A stretch of DNA of 64,000 nt from Ascidiella aspersa (taxonomy: Eukaryota). Position 1 is the stretch's first letter, and the number at the start of each line of letters is the position of its first letter. The notes under the pieces are model-generated. The model ran no database searches. It saw nothing but the letters and a program-made list of their open reading frames with translations, and was not told the origin of the DNA. The stretch lies in assembly GCA_963924565.1 (NCBI GenBank), contig OZ004610.1:4898001-4962000 (forward strand), in the 5' to 3' direction. A program made the translations under genes and the position numbers. Of this stretch, positions 1-12,100 are shown one piece after another.

Positions 1-147
1 GCTCTACAAACTTGATATTATGCCTATATATTAAATAAAAACATTTTGGGCGTAAATTATATTAGATCATTTAAAATTTGTTAGTTATACTTTGTAAGTA
101 CCGTCCTAAAAGTATTTCCGTTAAACACAGCAATGGGCGACGTATAC

Positions 148-3100
148 CTTGTAGAATGGAAGGTTTTCCTTTGGTTTGGTTTGTATGTTTATTAGACTTA
201 GTTGATCTTGCTTTCCAACATGCTTCAACACTGAATCTGCAAATTACGGTTTTTAGGGCGGATTTACAGTGAAGCAATGAAATCAATATTTTGGTGTCTA
301 AACTGTCTTTTACATACTCGTTTGTTCAGATTAAATAAATGAGCAAAAGGTGCTTGTTAAGCAGACATAAATATTTTACTTTAAATGGTGGACATAGCAC
401 ACACAACTTACTACAAAAAATCACTACTGTGAGGTTACATCGTAGTTTTGCAAAAATAAAAATATGTCAAACGATGACAGTCGACTTCTCTGTTAAAACA
501 GAAGCAAATTGTTAAACTGTGTTTAAATTTCGGCCCGAAACAACGAATTGGTAATTGCCGATGGGTCGTATCATGAGTCTTGAGCACCCCATCCGTCAGA
601 AATCAGTGCAGTTCTAAGCAAAAAGGTCTACGACAATCAGTGCATTCAAAGGATCAAAAAGTCCGACTTTTAGACTTTGAGGTCTTGGACAACGCACTAA
701 TTTGCATTAACAAATGTGCATAAGAAGATTAAGTTTAACAATACTTGACCCAACCAAACCCAAACGCTAACCAGCGCCCTAACCCAAATAATGTGCGATA
801 ATTTAATAATTATAACGCTTCAGGCCCCAGTACCTCAATTTGTGACGTAATAATCTTAAATACAATGGACGAGAAACCATCTTATGCCCATCCGAGTATG
901 GGCTTTTTTCCCCAGCATTTAAAGAATTATTAAAATAACGCACATTATTTGGGTTAGGATTCGGGTTAGCGTTAGGGTTTAGGTGGGTCAAGTTACCTAA
1001 AGGTCCAAATCAGTACATTGCCAGGACCTCAAGGTCTAAAAGTCTAGACTTTTCTGCCATTGGATGCCCTGATTGTCGTAGACCTTTTTGCTTAGAAATG
1101 CACTGATTTCTAACGGATCGGGTGACCTTGAGTGAGTATATGAAACAGTGCGTGTGGTATGATAAATCTGAAGTGGCTTTGTTTTCCGCTGATTATTTTT
1201 TACCGAAACCTTACCTTTGCAAGATCCATCACTTTTTTGCTTCAGATGATCAGCACTGACTAACGCCAATTGTTGTTTGCCCTGCGTTTTTAAGGTAGCT
1301 TATGATTTTTTGGCCTTAAAAGGCTAATCGAAACAAGTGCAAAAGAGAAAGCGTCTTTTAACAAGGTTTCGAATTAACCAAAAGGTTTGTTGAATGCCTT
1401 TAGGCTGATGTGCGTATTAAAAAAGTATTTCAAAATCCTGACGCTTTTCCAAAGTTTTGTCATTTTTTTTGGAGTGTAGCTTGAAAGCTATGTGTCAAGT
1501 GAAGCAGTTAAAAACATTTTGTTAATGTTAACTTTTTTTATTAGGTTGAACATGGTATCGATACTGTTTTGTTTTTGAGTTATATTAAAAAAACTGTCCA
1601 GCGTTCCAATTTTAAGTCTTCGAATGTCTTTACATTTTTTTCCTAGAACTGTTCGTCGGGCAATATGACTAAATAAAAATAAAGTTAATTATCATCCACT
1701 TACCTGGCCGTCAGTTACAGTTGTAAGGACGAATTGTGGAGTTTTTTGCAGGGGTTTGGCCTGCTGTGTCCCTCCTAAAAAGCAAAGCGCATGATGTAGA
1801 CAGATTGTATTGCGAGTTTTGAAACGAGTTTAACCGGAAATGACGTAGTGTCGCCGAACGCATTGATAAATGCAGGCCCCTATAAACTATTACTAAACAG
1901 TCACGACATTTTAGCCAACGGCTTAGCAACATGCGGTGCTAATTAAGGGAAGCATATAGCTTTACCAACAGTGTAACTAAACGCGGTGGTTAGTAGTGAA
2001 ATTACACAGTTGCCTGAAGTAAAGAGAAAGGTAATATAAAGTCCGACAGCTTTTTACCATTAAAAGCAGGGTTACCATACCGTCCTTATTTCTAAGATTT
2101 GTCCTTATTTTTAAGGGCAGGTCTTAGAAAACCTAACTGTCCTTATTTCCGACTTGTGTCCTTATTTTGTCTTATTTACAACAACCACAGAACTTTGATC
2201 GTTTTCCTCTGGTAACCGGTGTTGTATAATATTCTAAAATTATGCTTTTGTGCCGAGATTTTATGACATTATAAATGAAAAGGTGCTTCCGCGGCGTACA
2301 AGTCTCAGGATTTTACTTCTAAGTGGTGAGATAAGTAGGGCAGTGGTACAGCAGTTTTGGCTGCTCTACCAGGATACAGCAGCTGACGACATTTTAGCAA
2401 TAAACAGCAGTACAAGGTTACTGCTGTTTAGGCTGCTGCATAATGGGTGCGGCGAAGGCAGCATTGTTTGCAAAGAGGTTGGTAATTGGGAAATGGATGC
2501 GCAGTGCAATCGACACTTCGATTAAATAAGTAAAGCTATGAGCAGGGGTGGTGAACACTTCAATCGCGACCCACCGCTTGATCGCCACATTTCACCTGGT
2601 CGATCGCGTTATTTGTCGAATTTTTAAAATAGCCGTCAAGCAATACTAACAGGAGTAGACCAAAAACCAAACAATAAACCTTGATAAATTGCTGGAGCAA
2701 ATTTTTTTTTTTTTTAAACGTTTTTTAAATGCTAATCTAATTTTTCGGTTGTCCTTATTTTTGTGTCCATGTCGATGGCAACCCTGATTAAAAGTTATGT
2801 AACAAAGGCGATTGTAAAGTGGGCAGATAGTATTTCAAGACAAGGTATCCTTACAAGATGATTCCTTTTGCGAGACCTTATTATTGTTTTTACTAGGTTG
2901 AAAGCAGACTTGGAAAACTAGACTTATTTCAGCTTTTCAAAATTAGATTAGAATTAGAGCATTTCAGTGCTTTCGAAGTTAGATTAGAATTACCGAATTC
3001 TTCAAAACCAAAATTTAAACTAAAATTACATTTAATTATTCATAATCAATTTAATTTAAATTGTAATAAGAATGTGAATGCTTATTATTTGTTGCATAAT

Positions 3101-6100
3101 TTCGATAAGTAATAGCATAGCATATTCTTTTCAGAATGTAAAAATCAACTACCAGTCGATCCAACCAAACAGTATTTATTCGAATTCTTTGTTTCGACTA
3201 GGAGACCAAAAATGCCGTTGGACAAAGTAGCATTTTTTGTTAAATCCGAATTAGATTAAAACTAAAATTACGAGCACACAAGCAATTTAAAAACTAGATC
3301 AGAATTAGAATTAGCTGCATTTTTCACTAATTCATTGAATTAGAATACTATAACCACCCGGTTGGATTTGTTGTAGACGTTTGTAGCGCTCAAGTTAGGA
3401 TAATTCGGGGCTTTGAAGCGTCTGTGTTAGAACATGTGTTAGAAATTTTATGCTTCAAGCGAATTGTGTTATAACTGGATACAGGTGAACAAGAATGCGC
3501 ACACTAATCATGGTTTGGTATGAAAAATGATAACCAGGAACAGCATTATTAACCAGTACAGCAAACGTGTATAATTAAATAGATTTCCTAAACCGAAAAA
3601 TAAAGCCATTCCCAACGTAATCGTACTTATGTTGAATTAACAATGCTTTAGAAACAATAAAAGTCTTTAATCTACTATTATTAACCGGGTAAAATATTAT
3701 TAACCGGGTAAACTACTGCTATTAACCGGGTAAAATTTTAAACATTTATAATATACTAAACTGTAAGATAAAAAATCTGTAGTCTGCATCGCTTGGCAAC
3801 GTTTCGTTATGGATGATTAGTCTGCACATTCGCTGTTCACCTGTATCCAGTTATAACACAGTCCGCTTGAAGCGTAAAATTTCTAACACATGTTCTAACA
3901 CAGACGCTTCAAAGCCCCGACTTATCCTTTAACTTGAGCGCTACAAACGTCTACAACAAATCCAACCGGGTGCTATCTAGTTGTCAAAAGTCTGGTTGAA
4001 AGACTATAAATTATATCGTCTAACTCTGTGGGCTGATATTGTTATGTGAAAAAAGCAAATGGACCAATAAACAAAGTCGTTTCAGCAAATTCAATTCAAA
4101 ATACCAAAAAGCGATTACAATAAGGAGTTAAAAATCTCTACCCACCAGTGGTGGTAATACCCTTGGATTTGGCGCTTTGGCAAAATTTACCTTGAGTTTT
4201 TTCCAGTTTAACTTGCACCGGTTTGTTGATACTGACTCCGGCGCCAAGCAGAGCTGTTTGCAGTGCCTTGAGGGAAACCAGCTGCTGCTGAGATAAGCCT
4301 TTTACCACTTTTCCTTCGGTCTGGCGAAACAAATATTTGAACAGTTAACGCGCCAGTGGTTCACAATATGTTGAACGCACGCAGTAACAGTTGTACGCTA
4401 AAGGTTTCCAGGTACGAGGGCAGCTTTCGGTTCCTAAGCGGACTTGCGTAAAGTTACAGCAAGTGTTATTATAGTACGGCTGCTGTAAGTAACATTAGCT
4501 CGTTGTCAAATTCATTCTACATATAAATAGTCTTCGGCTGGCAATGGAGGCGATATTTTATTAATATACTTTTGGCTTTACTATTAGTAAGTTAATTTAA
4601 TTGAAGTGTTTTCTTCTAAAACCAGGAGGTAGACCGCGGCAGAAAACTTATTTGGTGGTTACGGCCAGAAAAGATTAAAAACCACTACTTTACGTGATAC
4701 CTGATACGGATGACTGATATGTAGCGTTTTAAAAAGTCGATACGCTAGTATTTTTACATGGGCATGGCTTTGCTGGACAGAGAATCAGGATAATTGCATG
4801 GCCACAATGGGTTTGAAGCGTGTGTGACCTAAACACCAAATATTTGTGTCTAGGTTAAGTGTTTCAAAGAGCATTGTGGCTCGTCAACGCTCACAGGGAA
4901 CGTATGTGTTTTTGCTTTGTATAAACACAAGTCTGGAAATCAAATATTTGGATAATGGGGCGTTTTATGTTTGTCAAAAGTGTTCTATAATTTCTTGTTT
5001 ATTAGTTGGATCTCCTTAATGTGACAGGTTACCGCTTAGGACAGCAAAATGCGAATGTTTAGTCTAATTTTATTAAATTTGCAAGAGACACTTTACGACA
5101 TTTTGTAAATCTATTTTAATGGCGACCAGCAAAACCTGTTTTAACCTGCAAAACATGTCAAAACCATCAAAATCGAAAAAAAAACGTACTTTGAAAACAA
5201 CACTTTTGACACAAAAACAGCAGACGTGATGACTGAAGGGTGTAGTACTGTAGTATAGTGGTTCTCAAACTTTTTTTTCACGCCTTTGAAAAAGTTTGTT
5301 GTACTTTCTTGACAAACTCGGAAATGAAAATTTTATTAATTTTTACTAAAACTCGTACGCTAAAGCCAATTATTATTTGTTCGTTTAGAAAAATCAGATT
5401 TGGTTTTGCGTAATACTAAGTTCGAATGCAATTTTAATAATATCTGCAAGCATTTTATTACCGCCATAACGTTTAGAGTTAGAAACTGTTACGTTTTCAC
5501 TGACACATTAATAACCTAAATCGGTTAATTGTCATCAGCCAAATCTCAGAGTTCTTATTATCATTAGGTTTTTTTTCAAATAGATCAATAGGGTCTTAGA
5601 TTAGCGCGTTCTAGCTTTTACATAATCAAATGTTTTTATTGGTGGCATAAAAGTATTATTTCATGATGTAGTGACTTGCCTGTGTTCAACACGTTTGTGT
5701 TCACTGTGTTACCAATTTAACCGTTGGCTTATAATTTACACTGGTGATTCGTAATATGACCCTTCCATTTCTTTTGTGTTAATATTTACCGGCCTTTCTT
5801 ACAATGGACGCTTTAAGATATTTCTCGCGTGACGCCAAAAGTGACCGTCTGGCGACGGGTTACAGTAGCGGTTTCCAAACTTTTCTAAATATTTTGCCTG
5901 GTGGCCCCGTTGCAATTATTTTGATAATTCGCGGCCCTATAAAACTCAAGGGTCAGTTGACCCATGTTTCTTGTACACTAGTGCGGTTACGAGTCTCTCT
6001 AATGTAACAACTTTCTGACTAATGCGAACGATTCGCTGAAAGAAGGTAGTACAACATAATAGATGCTCTATGATGTCAAGAGACATCATAAAACACGCTT

Positions 6101-9100
6101 TATTATAGAATAATAAAGTATAACTAAAGACTAATAATAATGAGAGATAATGTTTAAAAGACAGACTAATGTTTAAAAACATTCGCTAAAGCCTAATGTT
6201 AAAAAACTTAAAGACTAATGCGCCTTGCGGACGCTCCGAAACTATTGTACGGACCTAAGTTTGGAAACAGCTGGGTTGCACATAGACGTTTAAAATACTT
6301 GGCTAACTGACGGACGATTGAAATTATTGTTTGTAACAGTTATATTTTGTGTATATAAGCGTAAAAGCAGTTGGTTTTGCTCAGCCGTTAGACGGCAGAC
6401 GCCGTAATAGGCGGTCTGGCTCGCTCACATTAAGTTTAAAACAAATATATGTTAATTGCTGCTATTTGATAACGTTTAAATTCACATTGTAGTGTAAACG
6501 GGCTTTTAGGCATAAGGCCCACTAAACAAGTCATGGTAAGGCATAACATAAACGAAACGAAATCAGTTAGCTCTTGGAAAAATTAACCGACGAACCAGGG
6601 CGTCGCGATGCACATTTGGATAAACTCTGGTGTAAAACATTTTTACGACTTATCATTATGATGGCAACCGACAGCACTAGAGATAGACCGATATATCGGT
6701 TTACCAATAATATCGGCCGATATTTTGCTTCTACCGATATATCGGTATCGGTAGATGTAGGCCGATACTTTGACCGATATTTTAGGACGAAAATATAATA
6801 TAATTTTTCCTGACAACAAACAACTTACCCATTTTTGATATAAAAAAAATTGGTTTTAGCATCACGCCAAGTTAATATGCAAAATAATAGTTTAATAATT
6901 AATCAATAAAGGTATATATAAAAGCGTCATTTGGACATTTTCAATCAATTCAAGTTTTGAACATTTCCGAGGTACATAAAAAAATCGTTATGGTATCTAT
7001 CGGGTTGACAAAATTGTAAAAAATCGTTTATCGGTATCGGTCCAAAAAAGTGATATCGATCGACCGCACCAAGGCACACTTCGAAAAAAAAACTCGGCCC
7101 TCCAGACACTTACTTTCGTTTTAACGGTGGCCGCTGGCAGCTGGTAGGGCTTTGCCGACTGATGCTTGTCGCTGACCAGAACCAAGCCCTGTTTCGTGTT
7201 CTTGACGATGAAGGATTTCGGTTGCGCGGTATGAGGGTGATTTGAGCCAAGCAATGGCCGACCTGCCGTTGGCACAATTGAGCTCGTGCCTAGAAAACAC
7301 GTTGACGTTTAGTGGAAAAGATCAGAGAATGTGTACAACTTTTACCAAGCGCGGTCGTTGCTATTTGAAACGTTTCAAAGTTAGAAGCTTCAGGTCGAGT
7401 CAGAAACGTTTCAGTTAATTTGATATCGGATCGGCCACGATACCAGCCTAGTATCGGACAACTATCGATACTACCGCTCGTTGTGTATCGGCCCTGCACC
7501 TATATTTTCGGACATTCTACATAATATTAAAGAAAATCATGTTTATCATTTGAAACGTTTAAATAATTTTATTAAGTTTGTCCCAAAATGTCGATCGAAT
7601 GAGTTATAAGGTTATGTAAGTGGTCGAATCGGGAGCTGGAAAGGTCATTTCGCAAACAGTTTCAATATTTTTACCCAAGGGCGCATATATTACTGCTGAG
7701 GCTAAACACCGGCAAACTAGCTGCGAAAAACAGGTCGTTAGAAAATATTTACCGTTGCTCGAAACGCCAGAGCTGTTCAGCAGAGTGGTCGATACAATCT
7801 TCTGACTAAGTGGGTCGGACGACGACCTTCTTTTTTCCGGCAAACTCAGTTTAATCTGTTTTTCCGGCACCACGCTAAGCACGACGCTGCCTGGCGAAAG
7901 CTGCAACTGGCGTTTACGGGGGCTGGCGCTTGAAAGCTGGACAGCAGACGACTGTCCGGCCCCGGGAATTGATATCCGCTTCAAAACAGTGTAGTTTTGC
8001 CCGACCTGTGCGCCCAACTTGGCTGCTTCACCAGCGGACGACTGCGAGCGACCGCGAAGTACGACAACCTGTTGTTTGGAGCCTCCACCACCGCGTTGCA
8101 GTACAACCAGCTTGCCACTGCTGTCGGCCGACTGCGCGATCACGGAGCCGCTGTCGGCCGACACCGACCTCGGGCGACCAGCGTCGGCCGTCGCGCCTGT
8201 TGTTGCGCCTTTGGACGTCAGCGGTTTTGGACTGGCAGTCAGTATCACGCAAGTTTTGGAGCGCACCGGCGTGCCTGGCAGTGATAGGGACTTGGCGGGT
8301 GTGCCTGTTGGAGTTACGACGCCGCTGTTACTGCTACTGCTGTTGTTTGTGGTGTTTGTGGTCGGTGGTGTATTTTGGGAGGCGGCTTGGGTGGCGTGAG
8401 GTGATTGCGATTCGCTCGCTTCGGTGTTTGTTGCGTCTAAAGGCGCCCCGAGCTCGACTTTGACCTCTTTCGGCGAAGGTTGTGGCGTATCGCTGAAAAG
8501 GTAAATAGCAGTTTAGCGTTTAAGTCAGTGCAACGTATGTGTATGTAATCGCCTATCAGTTCTGCTGCGTGCATTGCACAGTAAAATATACTGTCTGAAA
8601 AGGTTAACATCAGTTTAGCGTTTGGGCCACTATAACATAGCTCTTTTTGTGCGCTAATCAGTTGTGCTGCGTGCATTGCACAGTGAAACAGAGGTACGTT
8701 GTTTACTTGTCGACGCAAACACTAGTAGCGAAAGTAGAACAAAAATACACATGGTGAGTCAGTTGACCTTGAAGGTATATGCAAAAATATTGTCGCGAAA
8801 AATGCTTAGAACAGGTTAAGAGTATAGTGTTCATGTTTGCCTCTTACCTTTTTGAAGTTTCTGTTTCTTCTATGACTTCGTTAGCTGAAATATCATATCA
8901 GAGAGAATATATTTTATTTGCACAGCATAATATGTCTTCCGTAATAGGTTAGAACATAGGTTAAGAATGATAACACTATATATTTCATTATTTCGATTGT
9001 GAATAGAACATCACTTATTTTACATAAAATTACTAAGTTTATTAAACTTTAAAACTGTTATAGCTCGTGTCGTGGCAATCATTGTACTTGAAGCCTGCGC

Positions 9101-12100
9101 TTTGTTGTCGCGCTTTTATATATTTTGCCCTACAGTGAGCACTTGATATATTTTGGTTGATATTTTGATAGCTGTAACAACACTTTGAAAACTAACATAT
9201 TACCACCAACCTGATAAAGATACGTCATCCAATTCTTGGTCTGACAAGTCTTCTATCAAGCACTTTTTCTGATCAAGAAAAACAATGATTAACCAGTTGT
9301 TACTTAGTCCTATGCCCTACAGCCGGGATAATAGCGTAGAAGTTAGATTTGAAATGTAAAGGCAATATACAAAGAGGACTAGCAACCAGGGTGAAGGTTG
9401 TGGCAATCCTGGGCCGAGCTTGAGACCAAATATGGCGTCGGTTCGGAGTTCGATTAATTACAATCTGGTAAGGTCGGTAACTTCATACGTTAAATTACCC
9501 TTAGAAGAACGGCTATTGTTAGGCCGTCGCAAGGTAAAAAGTTAAAAACAGTTGAAAAAGATAGAGGAATAAGGCGGCACTGTATAAAGTATAACAATTT
9601 TATTGAATTCTCGTCAAGCTTTTGCACAACCGTGCTTCATCAGGTCAAAGTAAACTTTAAAGCTTTGTCGAGAATTCAATGAAATTTGTCTTTACACAGT
9701 GCCATTTTATTCCTCTATTTAGAACAGTGGTTCAAAAATTGTGGGCTCGTCGCCCAGAAGTGGCCCAGAAGTGACCATTTTAAAGTGGGCCATAGAGCTA
9801 TTTGAAAATGTTGCAACTAAATTTGTTTTGTTCTACTTAAAAAATTGTTAGTCTAAAACAATATATAGAAACGAGTTCTTTTCCATAGTTTTGGCTATTT
9901 ATGAACTATATAGGTAAAGGCAATATCTCACGAATTATGCTTTTTATTTGCTACGCAGTTAGCACGGCAGTTTACTTGAAATTCAAATTGTTGTCAAAGA
10001 GATATTTAACTTCAATCTAAAAATGAACCGGATGTAAAAAGGATTATTTGTATGTTTTAGAATCAATACATTTATTGAAGAAGTGTCCGACTATGTAGAC
10101 GTAAATTGCAGACTTTTGCTATATGTATATCAGGCAGGTTGAAATATCTTATTTAGATGAAGGTCTAAAGTGCATATCAAAAAGGTTACGGCACATGGTG
10201 GGCCACAAACTGTTTTATAAAAAAATTAGGCTACGAAATTAAAAAGTTTGGGAACCACTGATTTAGAACTAGACATACACGGCCATTTAAGACTAAAAAA
10301 GGTAAGCGCCCGTTTACGCAAACTTACAGCTTCGTGGATCCCGTTCGTATCTTCTTGATCAGCCAAAGCACAACTGTCACCCCTTCTTCGTCGTGTTTTC
10401 TTCTCACTGACGAGCGCCACTTGCGTGTCCGTCTTTTCACCTTCTGAAGGTGATTCTGGCAAACTGCCTTGTGGTTTACCATCTGTAGCCAAAGGTTAAT
10501 AAAACTTAGTTGACAACGTAAGCCAGTGGTTCTTAACCTTTTTTCTTTCGTGGCACATTTTCGTTGCACAAAAATTCTGTGGCCCCAAAATTTTTTATGA
10601 AAGAACAAACTATAAAAAAGGTTTATATCAAAAACAGCGAAACATATACCAATACATTTACATTTCATTTACATTCCTTCTCAATTCCTCCCCAAGCCAT
10701 TATTCCAGTAAAATTAGGTATAGTGACACAAATGAAACTATCCTTCAATAAATCTAGCTTTTTTAAATTGGTCTGTGACCTACTTAAACTGTTTCCTTTG
10801 CCTACCAGTGAGCCATGGCCCACTGGTTGAGAACCGCTGACATAAGTAAATACGATAAACTGTGTCGGAGGAATTATGAGAAAGGCGTTGCGTTCCATTA
10901 AGTGGTAAACTAAAAAGCACAAAGGTAAAGGCGACACCTTCTTTTCAGGAATATGAGAAAATATAAAAACAAACTAAATTTGGATATCAGTTAAAATGCT
11001 TAGCCATGCCACAATTATCCGCAAATAGGGTTATAAAGGCAAATGCAACATTTTGACTGAAATAATCATTTAAATAAAAACGGAAAAGTTAACGGCGTAA
11101 TATGCCTGTAAAGGTAAAAAACAGCTTCAGAAGGGCTCGATCACAGTTGTTAAACACGTATATGTGTGTGTATCTTTCATTGAATGCTATAGTAAAGGGT
11201 TACAATCGTTAGCATCTATAATGCCACAGCTCTATTTAATTTAAGTTAATATTTAAATACCTAAACTTGACGAGGCATCATTTGCGTTTTCTGCGACATT
11301 TTCTTCCGATTCCTGTAAAACAACATTTACGAATGTTTTCCAAAATTAATATATAAGAAGTCAAAATCAAAGTATGTTTACCATGGGTTCGGCTTGGGAG
11401 ACGCTCCCGTCAAACTCCTTTTCGTTCACATCTGCATCTGCAAAAGGATAAATAGATTTGCACGGGAAAAAGCCATCGTAGTTCAACACTGATGTGGAGT
11501 AAGTCTAACGTGGTGTAAGCCGTAATCGTTGGTCAAAAAGGGCCAGATCACAGTAATTAACACACATATGTATGTGCATGAATGATATCGTACAGTAGAT
11601 CTCCTTCAATATGAAGTTGCTTATACCTACAGTATGTAGCAAGCATTGGCGTAGGGTTGTTTCTCGACTCGCTCCTCTCTGAGCCTGTGTAGCTCAGTTG
11701 GCAGAGCGACGGTCTCGGTATGGCCGGAGGTCGTGAGTTCGAACCTCACCACAGGTTATATGTTTTTCTAGCCTGTCCTGCTTGTATCATTGATCGACAG
11801 ATTCGGTGAGTCTGCAATGGCTTTCGGTGTAGTAGTGCTGTACTTACCCGCTTTATTCTGTTTATTCTCAAGCTCCTTGTCAGAAACAGGTTGATTCAGG
11901 AAGCGATCAATTCTTAAGTCGATGGTGCTTTGGTCAAGTTCGACATTGCACACAGTCTCGGCTCCAAGCGTCTGGAGGCCGGTGTAAGTCCTAAAGAAAT
12001 AACTAAAAAGGTAAAACGTCATACGAAATTAAGAGGTTAAGTTTAAAGGAATAGGCAACTATAGGACGTGCAATTACACTCTAGTCTGCGTTTGTATGGG

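Noticed and set aside
743-994. Interstitial telomere (TTAGGG-like) repeats
   Set aside because: Only a few degenerate units, forming part of a MITE's inverted arms.
7930-8463. Plus-strand ORFs of 95-177 aa
   Set aside because: Antisense to the large YEATS2 exon.
11683-11757. Canonical tRNA-Thr or tRNA-Pro, or a frameshift-suppressor tRNA
   Set aside because: The anticodon arm is malformed and the sequence belongs to a repeat family; no amino acid can be assigned without data.
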